DNA from: Candidatus Parcubacteria bacterium
GTDB taxonomy: Bacteria > Patescibacteriota > Minisyncoccia > Phycocordibacterales > UBA2100
Length of the DNA: 54,069 bases
Reading direction: 5' to 3'
NCBI GenBank assembly: GCA_003599175.1
Contig: QZIY01000024.1
Coordinates: 1 to 54,069 of the forward strand
In this document: positions 33,455 to 42,368 of the stretch, piece after piece
Layout: the number at the start of each line of letters is the position of its first letter
Position numbering within the stretch: the stretch's first letter is position 1
Translations under genes and position numbers: made by a program
Notes under the pieces: generated by a model
What the model saw: the letters and a program-made list of their open reading frames with translations, nothing else
The model's database searches: none
Told to the model about the DNA's origin: nothing

Positions 33455-35458
33455 ATGGCGACGATTCAAAGTTTCGAATTCAACGAAACTGGTTTTGAAG
33501 ACATTAGGAACCATCCTCTCGGTAGGGACTGGCCGATTGTTTACATAATCGAAAATGGAAAAGATGTATACATTGGTGAGACGACAAGTGCGTTTGGAAG
33601 AAGCAAACAACATTTTGAAGATGAACGGCGGCTAAAACTAAGAAAGATTCATCTTGTACTCGATGATGAGTTTAATAAGTCAGCAACACTCGATTTGGAA
33701 TCACAGCTCATTCAGTATTTTTCTGCGGAAGGCAGTGTTAAATTGCAAAACCTAAATAAAGGGCTCGTTAACCATAACTTTTTTGATAAAGGCAGGTATC
33801 GCGCAAAGCTTCAGAGCATTTGGGAGCAGCTTCAGCGCATGCTGCTTGTTAGCAAGAGTTTAGAAGAAATTGAAAACAGCGAACTGTTTAAGTACTCTCC
33901 ATACAAAGCGCTAACCGAAGACCAACTCATCGTTGCCGAGGAGCTGTATGAGGCCGTAAAAAATCGTGATGGGGTTACGCATATCGTAAATGGCGGTCCG
34001 GGCACCGGCAAAAGTGTTTTGGCTACATATCTGGCTAAGAGACTGAAAGAGGAACCAGAGACAAAAGATTTGTCGATTGGACTCGTGATCTCTATGTCAC
34101 CACTCCGCAAATCTATTCAGGATGTTTTTTCTGCAATTTCTGGTCTCAACAGAAAGATGGTAGTTGGGCCGAGCGAAGTCGTGGGGCAGAAATTCGACCT
34201 ACTAATTGTGGACGAAGCTCATCGATTGCGCCAGCGAAAATCAATCGTAAATTATGGAGGACATGATCGAGCAAACCGACGGCTTGGTTTGGGCAATGAG
34301 GGAACGGAGCTCGATTGGATATTGATGAGCTCGAAACAGCAAATACTTTTCTATGATGAAAATCAAAGCATTCGTCCTTCCGACATTCACGTCAAGCGGT
34401 TCAAGGATATTGATGCGCGACATCACAAGCTGACTACTCAAATTCGTGTAAAAGGCGGTGATAAATATATTGCGTTTGTCGACGATCTTTTTTCGGGAAA
34501 ACAGGAACTAGATACCGCTTTCGAAAACTATGATTTTCAAATTTACGATGACATCGAACAAATGGTAGAGGATATTAAGAAGAAAGATAAAGAAATGCGT
34601 CTTTCAAGAATAGTTGCTGGCTTTGCATGGCCCTGGATAAGCAAGAATAATCCTGAGGCATTCGACATAGAAATCGATGACACGAAATTGCGCTGGAATA
34701 GTACTACCGAGGATTGGGTTAATTCACCAAATGCGATCAACGAGGTTGGTTGCATACATACCGTGCAAGGATACGACCTCAATTACGTTGGCATTATCGT
34801 CGGACCTGAGCTTGCCTATGATGCAAAGAATGATCGACTGACTGCTGACAAGGATAAATATGAGGATCGGAACGGATGGCAGGGCGTCGAAGATCCGGCC
34901 GAACTGGAGCGTTACATCATTAATATTTACAAGACGTTGATGACTCGCGGGATTCGCGGCTGCTACCTGTACTTCGTCGATAAGGAAACCGAGCGCTATT
35001 TCAAATCGCGACTTGGGCAACAATCGGTTGAAAGTTTCATTCAGCTCGTTAAATCGCCAATAACTGTTGAAATGGTTCAAGTACCGCTTGTAGGGTCAGC
35101 GCCGTGCGGTAATCCGCTGCTCGGAGAGGAAAACATCGAGGAATATATCGAAGTGCCAAAAGCAAAACTTCGATCCGGTGCTAAATATTTTATTGTCCGC
35201 GCTGAAGGCGATTCAATGAATCTGGCGGGAATTCAAAACGGCGATTTGGTGCTTTGCCGACTTGCAGAAAAAGGGGAAACAGGGGATCGAGTTGTGGCAC
35301 TCTTCGATGGGGAATATGTCACGATCAAGGAATATGGACCACGCATTGACGGGATCCGGCAGCTACTCCCTAAAAGCACCAACAAAAGACACTCGGTCAT
35401 AACTCCGGGAGAAGGAGACAGTGTCCAGGGGATTGTACAGGAGGTTCTAAAAGATTAA
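33455..35458 (+). CDS. three-domain protein: GIY-YIG nuclease + DUF2075/SF1-like P-loop NTPase + C-terminal S24 (LexA/UmuD-like) autopeptidase
   Basis: IVYIIENGKDVYIGETTSAFGRSKQH (GIY-YIG). GGPGTGKS and LLIVDEAHRL. IHTVQGYD and MTRGIRGCY. PLVGSAPCGNPLL, GDSM and TIKEY (S24). Confidence 0.8.
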   Translation: MATIQSFEFNETGFEDIRNHPLGRDWPIVYIIENGKDVYIGETTSAFGRSKQHFEDERRLKLRKIHLVLDDEFNKSATLDLESQLIQYFSAEGSVKLQNLNKGLVNHNFFDKGRYRAKLQSIWEQLQRMLLVSKSLEEIENSELFKYSPYKALTEDQLIVAEELYEAVKNRDGVTHIVNGGPGTGKSVLATYLAKRLKEEPETKDLSIGLVISMSPLRKSIQDVFSAISGLNRKMVVGPSEVVGQKFDLLIVDEAHRLRQRKSIVNYGGHDRANRRLGLGNEGTELDWILMSSKQQILFYDENQSIRPSDIHVKRFKDIDARHHKLTTQIRVKGGDKYIAFVDDLFSGKQELDTAFENYDFQIYDDIEQMVEDIKKKDKEMRLSRIVAGFAWPWISKNNPEAFDIEIDDTKLRWNSTTEDWVNSPNAINEVGCIHTVQGYDLNYVGIIVGPELAYDAKNDRLTADKDKYEDRNGWQGVEDPAELERYIINIYKTLMTRGIRGCYLYFVDKETERYFKSRLGQQSVESFIQLVKSPITVEMVQVPLVGSAPCGNPLLGEENIEEYIEVPKAKLRSGAKYFIVRAEGDSMNLAGIQNGDLVLCRLAEKGETGDRVVALFDGEYVTIKEYGPRIDGIRQLLPKSTNKRHSVITPGEGDSVQGIVQEVLKD

Positions 35459-35526
35459 TTTCAGCGATAAAAAGCTCTTGTGTGTCGTTACTTTGAGGCG
35501 TAGTCTGAAGGCGGTTTCCCATACAT

Positions 35527-37311
35527 ATGAAATATCTAAGCTTTGAAATTCAGGACTACAGGGCCGTCGCGCGGGCCATAATCCCTGTCGGGAACAACCT
35601 GATTCCGATCATTGGCATAAATGAGTCGGGCAAAACGACAATACTCCAAGCAATTCTCGCTTTCGACAAAAACAAGGACAGATATAACAGGGGAGTACAT
35701 CTCGAACACAAAAATAAATACGAACTCGGCGAAAAGGGTGGCAAGGTATCAGCCCAAATTCTCATCGAATCTAAGGACGACCTTGAATGGATTGCCTCAA
35801 AACTCGATTTGAACGTCGCGACTCCGCGATACAAAGCGCTTGAGGCCTTTTTCGATAATAAGAAGCCGATAACCCTAAGCAGGGTCTTCCCCGGTAAGTT
35901 GTATCAAATCGAGAACACCGAATTTGATATTGGTACAAAAAAAGAGAAAAAAGACATGGCAAATGCGTTATACGAAAGATTGCCGTTCGTGCTCTACTTC
36001 GACGATTTTAGTGATCGTGTTCCGGAACAAATCGAATTCTTCCTGAAATCAGAGTTGCAAATACCCGTTACAAGCCCCGAAGGCGGCCAAACCTTTAGGA
36101 CGCAGAAGATCGACAAACATCGTCCTGCCGTAGCAGACGATGAGTGGCATGAGATTCTTGAGGAGGTTTTCAAGAGAGCGGGAAATCATACTCTCGCGGA
36201 CTTTCTCAAAATGAAGGATGGAGACGATCAAAAAGGCCTCATGAGCGATATTCAGGATACTCTCCAGCGGGAAGTGATGGAGGACTGGAAGAAGCTGAAA
36301 AACTACGGCGGTCATTTTGCCGATGAACCAGAGGATCTTGAATTGAAGCTCGACTGGGAGATAACGGATGACGGAGAGAGCATTATATTCGAGTTTCAAG
36401 TCGAAGATCGTACGGCGAAGAAGAGTCGTTTTTTCAGCATTCCGGAACGCAGCAAGGGATTCCAATGGTTCTTTAACTTTACGATGAAGCTAAAGTTCAA
36501 CCCGAAATATCAAGCGAATCAGAAAGGAGCAATTTATCTCCTTGATGAACCGGGGTCGTATCTACACACATCCGCCCAGGAGGAGCTTCTCAAGAAACTT
36601 AGTGACATATCCAACACAAACACGATCCTATACTGCACGCACTCACAGTATCTTCTAGACCCAGAAGTGATAAACATCGCAAAAATAAAGATCGCAAAAA
36701 AGGAGAAAGGAGTGATTGAGGCGGTCTCATTCGACGAGGCGGGGGTTACGAAAAACGAGGGGGCGCTAACTCCGTTGTACCAGGCGCTTCATATTAAATC
36801 TGGTGCGTTCAACAAGCACGTAAAACACCCGGTAATTACCGAGGGAATCACCGATTTCTACTTGTTCAGCTTACTCAAAAAACATAGCTCAGGTTTTTTC
36901 AAGGATGGAATAGATTTTATTCCCGGAGGAGGCGCAAGTCATCTCACGGAACTAATCTCGCAAGCCATAGCTTTTTCAGATTCCTACCTGGTCCTTCTCG
37001 ATTCTGACGGCGCAGGGCGCGACGCGTATGAAAAATACCGTACCTTTTTCGGGGATGAAGAGGCTAAGAAATTCTTCAAATACAGACTTCACTCAACGGA
37101 TGAAAACGTAGTGCTCGAAGACCACGTATCAGCTGGCGACAAAAAAAGATTGAGCGACATCACGGGGGTCGCGGACGTGAAGGCCGCTTTCCCGGTGCTC
37201 TACTATTCCAAAATTAAGGACCAAAAAGAGTTCATCGGCAATCTCGACGCCGACACTCAGAAAAACCTGAGCATCGTCCAAGGTAAGGTAAACGGCATTG
37301 CAAAGAAATGA
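35527..37311 (+). CDS. OLD-family nuclease (ABC-like ATPase + TOPRIM)
   Basis: GINESGKTT Walker A, IYLLDEPGSYLH Walker B, CTHSQ. TOPRIM VITEGITD...LLDSDGAGRD. Confidence 0.85.
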   Translation: MKYLSFEIQDYRAVARAIIPVGNNLIPIIGINESGKTTILQAILAFDKNKDRYNRGVHLEHKNKYELGEKGGKVSAQILIESKDDLEWIASKLDLNVATPRYKALEAFFDNKKPITLSRVFPGKLYQIENTEFDIGTKKEKKDMANALYERLPFVLYFDDFSDRVPEQIEFFLKSELQIPVTSPEGGQTFRTQKIDKHRPAVADDEWHEILEEVFKRAGNHTLADFLKMKDGDDQKGLMSDIQDTLQREVMEDWKKLKNYGGHFADEPEDLELKLDWEITDDGESIIFEFQVEDRTAKKSRFFSIPERSKGFQWFFNFTMKLKFNPKYQANQKGAIYLLDEPGSYLHTSAQEELLKKLSDISNTNTILYCTHSQYLLDPEVINIAKIKIAKKEKGVIEAVSFDEAGVTKNEGALTPLYQALHIKSGAFNKHVKHPVITEGITDFYLFSLLKKHSSGFFKDGIDFIPGGGASHLTELISQAIAFSDSYLVLLDSDGAGRDAYEKYRTFFGDEEAKKFFKYRLHSTDENVVLEDHVSAGDKKRLSDITGVADVKAAFPVLYYSKIKDQKEFIGNLDADTQKNLSIVQGKVNGIAKK

Positions 37312-37386
37312 GAACTAAGGCTATGCTTTCTCTTCTCAAAACGGGTGCATTGCGCAGTAGAGTAAGGCAATGATAGGCTATGTCTC

Positions 37387-38163
37387 ATGAAGGCCACAAA
37401 GTATCTAGCCACGGCAATCGGTTGTCTGTTATTTTCTCTCATCTTGCCTACTCAGGCTTCAGCACTCAGTTGCTTCGATGTGGATGGAATGTCAGTTTTT
37501 GGCTACGACGGATACGAGTGGATACATATTGGGGCTATCGGGAATGAATTCAATAGTCTTTCTATTGCGAACGAATTTGGCGCGGGTAATGAGTTCAAAT
37601 CGACTTCTATCTTTAATGAATTCGGAAAATTCGGGAGTAAGTTCAGCTCGTATAGCGCATTCAATGATTTTGCCTACAAGCCACCTATCGTTGTGAGTGA
37701 TAGTTACAAATTCGTTGGATATATGACCACGGGTTACAAGTTTCCAAGCATCAACACCTATGAGGCAATAGCTTGTGCAAACAAATCTTTCCGTTCTCCG
37801 AACAGAGATATGGAAGATGTTACATTCAAAGATATTCCCTCGAGTAGTTCTTCATACAGCAATTCCTACTATCCGTCAGGTGCGTACTCAAGTTATACGC
37901 CATTGAATAGTTGCCCTAAGAATTCAAGTCTTTCGACAAAAGATTTTAGCAGCTGTGTTTGTAACACTGGATACACAACGAATGCGAAAAAAGACGCCTG
38001 TGTTCCAGTTTCGAAAAAAACCAATGATAAAGTTTGCCAAAAGGAATTTGGTTCAAAAAGCTTGTGGGACGGTACAACAAACGTTGATGAAACTCTGAAT
38101 TGCACTTGTAAGAAAGGCTATAGTTTTGATTCGAAAGGCACAAAATGCGTCAAAGATAAGTAA
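37387..38163 (+). CDS. secreted Cys-containing protein with NEF/NDF short repeats
   Basis: Signal peptide MKATKYLATAIGCLLFSLILPTQASA. Repeats GNEFNS..ANEFGAGNEFKS..FNEFGKFGSKFS..FNDF. Confidence 0.55.
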   Translation: MKATKYLATAIGCLLFSLILPTQASALSCFDVDGMSVFGYDGYEWIHIGAIGNEFNSLSIANEFGAGNEFKSTSIFNEFGKFGSKFSSYSAFNDFAYKPPIVVSDSYKFVGYMTTGYKFPSINTYEAIACANKSFRSPNRDMEDVTFKDIPSSSSSYSNSYYPSGAYSSYTPLNSCPKNSSLSTKDFSSCVCNTGYTTNAKKDACVPVSKKTNDKVCQKEFGSKSLWDGTTNVDETLNCTCKKGYSFDSKGTKCVKDK

Positions 38164-38221
38164 TAAATCTGTTCTAGGTAGAAAGCGACGCCCAGGTACC
38201 ATTTCATTAAAAGTAGATCCC

Positions 38222-38252
38222 GGTCGGGGTCGGGGTCGGGGTCGGGGTTGGG
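38222..38252 (+). repeat. tandem hexamer (GGGGTC)x4 plus GGG: canonical G-quadruplex motif
   Basis: GGTCGGGGTCGGGGTCGGGGTCGGGGTTGGG read directly. Confidence 0.75.
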
Positions 38253-38451
38253 CAATGCTTTGGTCGGAAAGTAACCTGTCCAGCGTCCAGCGCCGATTTT
38301 CTAGAGATCGGTGTCAGGTACCGTTTTGAATAAAACTTGTTTTTGGGGGAAACGGTGTCAGGGAAACGGTGTCAGGTACTTTTTTCTTGATTGGAAACGG
38401 GAAGAAAGCATGGCCTTAAAATGAAATGAGATTTGTGGTATAATGTTATAT

Positions 38452-39003
38452 ATGCAGGATATTGATGCGTTGAGTTTGGAACGGGCTAAAAAGCTCTTTG
38501 GGAGCACTGAGCTCGCTGGCTTTGAGGTTGGCACAATGCGCGGTTTGCAGCAGATCCACGCGTATCTTTTTGATGGGCTCTATGAATTCGCCGGCAAAAT
38601 CCGCACCAAAGACATAAGTAAGGGCGGTTTTCGCTTTGCCTCGCACCTCTATCTCCCTGAGGTTTTGGAGAAGATCGAGCGCATGCCGGAGGCGACGTTT
38701 GAAAATATTGTCGACAAATACGTCGAGATGAACATCGTGCACCCCTTTATGGAGGGCAATGGCCGCTCTATGCGACTGTGGCTCGACTTGATGCTGAAGA
38801 AGAATCTCAAGCAGTGCGTCGATTGGGCGCGTATCGACAAGGTGAGTTATCTCTCCGCGATGGAGCGCAGCCCCGTCAATGCGCTTGAGATACGCGAACT
38901 TCTGCGCAGCGCCTCTACGCTCGACATCGAAAACCGAGATGTCTTTATGAAAGGCATCGAACAGTCCTACTACTACGAAGAGCCTGATTTTTATAAAGAG
39001 TAA
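38452..39003 (+). CDS. Fic-family protein (AMPylase-type)
   Basis: [12 protein letters not shown] (HPFx[D/E]GNGR). ATG 38452 lies 7 nt after the perfect extended -10 TGgTATAAT (38436-44); the track start 38443 falls inside the -10. Confidence 0.85.
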   Translation: MQDIDALSLERAKKLFGSTELAGFEVGTMRGLQQIHAYLFDGLYEFAGKIRTKDISKGGFRFASHLYLPEVLEKIERMPEATFENIVDKYVEMNIVHPFMEGNGRSMRLWLDLMLKKNLKQCVDWARIDKVSYLSAMERSPVNALEIRELLRSASTLDIENRDVFMKGIEQSYYYEEPDFYKE

Positions 39004-39125
39004 GACAGAAGCGGTGTTTCCAGAAGCAGTGTCTGGTACCGTTTATCCTTTGTGGGCAAGATTCCGTTGCCAGTGGTTCCGCTTCTTGTTATAGATGAGG
39101 CATCAGGGTATCCACCTGGATTGTC

Positions 39126-39560
39126 ATGACCGATAAACAAAGTTCAGTTGTGAAAGCGGTGATTTTTTATCGTGACTATATCGCTGGGCCGCTCTGGGAG
39201 AAGCGCAAGGAAGAATACTACTCGCGCCATGCGAAAGCCTGCTATATCTGCGGTGATACAAAGGGGGTAGAACTCAACCACAAGAAGTATGGAAATTATG
39301 GCCACGAGAAAGATTCGGATCTAGTGGCGCTCTGCCGCACGCACCATCAGATCATTACCGATCGCCACAAAACACGAAAGAACATGCACTACCAGCACGA
39401 CTACATGATTGATGAATTGAAGCGCGAGTGGGACGCGGAGCATGAGGGTAAATCAATTGCTATGACTCCAGTGCGACAGGCGAAATCGTCTCCCGGATCA
39501 GTGGAGAAGGCGTTGGAATCATTGGCGAATCCTATTTGGAAATTGTTTGGGAGAAAGTGA
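39126..39560 (+). CDS. HNH-like nuclease-fold protein
   Basis: CYICGD...ELNHKKY...LVALCRTHHQ. Confidence 0.55.
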   Translation: MTDKQSSVVKAVIFYRDYIAGPLWEKRKEEYYSRHAKACYICGDTKGVELNHKKYGNYGHEKDSDLVALCRTHHQIITDRHKTRKNMHYQHDYMIDELKREWDAEHEGKSIAMTPVRQAKSSPGSVEKALESLANPIWKLFGRK

Positions 39561-39648
39561 TCGGCTGAACGTTTCAATTGGCCGCGGAAAAAATAAAGAG
39601 GCCGATGCTGAGTATCGTCTATCTTTCGGGAGAGTGGAGCAGCCGCAA

Positions 39649-39680
39649 AAACAAAACACCCCGTTGGGGGTGTTTTGTTT
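39649..39680. terminator. bidirectional rho-independent terminator
   Basis: AAACAAAACACCCC-gttg-GGGGTGTTTTGTTT, with T-runs on both strands, between convergent genes. Confidence 0.8.
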
Positions 39681-39703
39681 GATGCCTGTAAGAAGTGAAG
39701 TAG

Positions 39704-41662
39704 CTAGTTGAGATACAACACATCTGTTTTGAAGTCATCGAGGTCAAACGTGTACAGATTGTACGACGTGTCGTCTGCCGTGCTCCAGGCAATCGCTCCA
39801 AGGAACATGCGGTAGAATCCAGCATCGTCCGATGAATCGTTCAGTCGCGTTACGAAGAGCGAGATCTCAGTCGATTCGCCATCGTCGAGTCGAATGTTGT
39901 CCCCACTTGAACTTAGTGAAGCACCGCGGCTTTTGGTGAAGTTCAGCACATTGGAGAGACCGTCTGTGGTCGCAACACCAGCGCCTTCGACGACATACAG
40001 ATTTCCTTCTGTATCGGTCGAAGCAGTGATGTTCGCGGTGGTGGTGGCTGCAGCAGTCGCCGCGATATAGACCGTATCATCGAGCGCTTCGACGCGGAAT
40101 TTGAGAACGAATGAACCAATGTCGTTGCCAGGACCATCGCTCCCCAAGAGTGATTGAGACGCCGAGATCAATGACACGCTGATTCCGCTGTCGTAGAATG
40201 CCATCTGCTCGCCAAGCGCCGTGCCGCGCATGTCACCTGCGGCGAGATCTTCGCCCGATTCGTCTTCTGCTTCGATCGCATCGCGGTTCGTTGCAGTAAG
40301 TTCTGCGATGAGCGAATCACCGGCGGTGAAGTTACCGCTGAGTTTGTTGATGTCTGCAAGTACAATGACCGTCACTTTGTCTCCCTCGTCGATCTCCAGG
40401 TCGAGACGATCGAAGGTTATGGTCGAGGAGGCAGCGGACGTCGTGATGCTTTCATTGAAGCGGTCACTACCGATGCGCAAGGTCACTGCATGTGCAATCT
40501 CATTGAGATAAGCACCTGTCGCGGTGAGTGTGATCGGAAGTTCATCAATCACCACGTCGGAACCTTTCGCCTCGATCGTGAATTTGAGAAGTTCGACGTT
40601 ATCGGTATCGCTTCTGCTGTCGACATTGACAATACCTGCTTTCGGGCTGTCATTCGTGCGTTGAATTTTCAACTCGACGCCCCTTGCCGTGGCGAATGTT
40701 TCGAATGAGAAGGTGCGCGCATTGCCGATATCTCCTGTCGAGGTATCGGAAATCGAAGCACCCTGTGCATCGCGGAAACGGATGCTGTTGATCGCGACAC
40801 TCCAGGTCTCGCCAAGATCAGCCGAATCCAGGTTCTTGAGGCCAGATACGGCAATCACCAGCTCGCCGGTTTTTCCTGCCTTGATAATGCCGCTCGAGCT
40901 GAGCGAGATTGTGCGATTGAAGTTGTTGTCATCTTCAAACATGTCTGCGTCAACACGGGCGAGTCGTTTGCCATCGAGCCAGACGGAGACTTCATCGGCA
41001 TAGCGATCGAAATCTCGATCTGCCGTAAGCGGCGAGAAGTCGAGTGTAATTGCTGTGATCTCGATATCAGAGCCCCTGTCGGCCTCGATTTCAAGACCCA
41101 TCACGTCGACATTCTGAGCTCCTTCTCCCACCTCTTCATTGTTGAGACTGGAGACAAAGCGTGCATCATCGATGGAGCCTGCGCCACCTTGAAGTGGACC
41201 GGGAGTCGGTGTCGGATTTGGCGTGGGAGTCGGCGTCGGTACGGGTATCGGCGAACATGTCGCATGTACCTGCGCGCGGGTCACCGGGCCGAAGTATCCG
41301 GCCGCTGGCGAGATCGCATTCGCCGCCTGATAACGCGCCAGAGCGGCGCTCGTTGCCGCACCGAAATACGTGGTCTCGTTGCCACGTGATCCTGCTCCCG
41401 TGGATGCGACGACAGAGCCTTTTCCGTTGAGGAAAATTTGCAATTGTCGTACATCTTCGCCGGTTGCGCCTATGGTAAGGTTTCTCGTAAATGCGAAGCA
41501 CGAAGACGGCGTGCTCGCCATCTGTCCTTGCAGGACTGCAATTTGCGCGAGGAGTGCATTGATCTGTGCCTGCAGATCCGCAACGCTCTGCGCTGAAGCG
41601 GGGAGCGCGATCGTCATAGCTATGACGACAAGCGTGCCCGCAAAGAATTTCTTGATATGCAT
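39704..41662 (-). CDS. large secreted surface protein: coiled coil, PG-binding domain, PT-linker, beta-rich C-terminal region
   Basis: Signal peptide, VADLQAQINALLAQIAVLQ, GEDVRQLQIFL...AALARYQAANAI, PVPTPTPTPNPTPTPGP. Confidence 0.7.
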   Translation of the reverse strand: MHIKKFFAGTLVVIAMTIALPASAQSVADLQAQINALLAQIAVLQGQMASTPSSCFAFTRNLTIGATGEDVRQLQIFLNGKGSVVASTGAGSRGNETTYFGAATSAALARYQAANAISPAAGYFGPVTRAQVHATCSPIPVPTPTPTPNPTPTPGPLQGGAGSIDDARFVSSLNNEEVGEGAQNVDVMGLEIEADRGSDIEITAITLDFSPLTADRDFDRYADEVSVWLDGKRLARVDADMFEDDNNFNRTISLSSSGIIKAGKTGELVIAVSGLKNLDSADLGETWSVAINSIRFRDAQGASISDTSTGDIGNARTFSFETFATARGVELKIQRTNDSPKAGIVNVDSRSDTDNVELLKFTIEAKGSDVVIDELPITLTATGAYLNEIAHAVTLRIGSDRFNESITTSAASSTITFDRLDLEIDEGDKVTVIVLADINKLSGNFTAGDSLIAELTATNRDAIEAEDESGEDLAAGDMRGTALGEQMAFYDSGISVSLISASQSLLGSDGPGNDIGSFVLKFRVEALDDTVYIAATAAATTTANITASTDTEGNLYVVEGAGVATTDGLSNVLNFTKSRGASLSSSGDNIRLDDGESTEISLFVTRLNDSSDDAGFYRMFLGAIAWSTADDTSYNLYTFDLDDFKTDVLYLN

Positions 41663-41873
41663 GTTTCTAAGAGTTATGAGAAACAGGGAGTTTCTCTCTG
41701 ATAATTAATAATGTGTTTGCTGCGGCCTTGAAACAACCGACTGAAACGGAGGTGGGAAGACCCACCGTAGCTTATAGACACAGGGGAGGGTACAAATATG
41801 ACACCGGTCAGAAAGGAGCTCCTTATCCGTCTTCATTAACAATCCGTGTCATCTTTTGGGCTACCATGTGTCT

Positions 41874-42368
41874 ATGACTACAGACCCTCGAGAGCAATTC
41901 GAGCACGCGTATGACGAATACGCCGATGCGATATTTCGCTTCTTGTTCTATCGTCTGCAAAATCGAGAACGAGCACTGGAAATGACACAAGATGTGTTCA
42001 CCCGTTTTTTTGAGTATCTCTCGCGTGGGGGCGTCGTCGAACATACGCGCACCTTTTTATATCGGAGCGCGACCAATGCATTCATCAACGAGATACGAAC
42101 AAAAAAGCGCATTACATCTCTCGATGAGGCGCTTGAGTCCGGCATTGAGTTTCGCTACGACGCTCTCGATGCCGAGGCGCTCGCAGCGCAAAGGGAAGCG
42201 GTAGAGCGTGTGAGATCGCTCGACGAGCCATATCGATCCGCACTCGTCTTGCGGTATGTCGACGACTTGCCGGTGCGTGAGATTGCAGACATTCTTGGAG
42301 CGCGAGAGAATACGGTTTCGGTGTGGATCAAGCGAGGGTTGGAACAACTCAAACAGATTTATGGATAA
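41874..42368 (+). CDS. ECF-type sigma-70 family RNA polymerase sigma factor
   Basis: Region 2 FRFLFYRL.NRE.A.E.TQDVF. Region 4 LRYVDDLPVREIADILGARENTVSVWIKRG. Confidence 0.85.
   Translation: MTTDPREQFEHAYDEYADAIFRFLFYRLQNRERALEMTQDVFTRFFEYLSRGGVVEHTRTFLYRSATNAFINEIRTKKRITSLDEALESGIEFRYDALDAEALAAQREAVERVRSLDEPYRSALVLRYVDDLPVREIADILGARENTVSVWIKRGLEQLKQIYG

Noticed and set aside
38126-38329. 67-aa ORF encoding GRGRGRGRG
   Set aside because: The peptide is just the translation of the GGGGTC hexamer repeat in a non-coding gap. No start context supports it.
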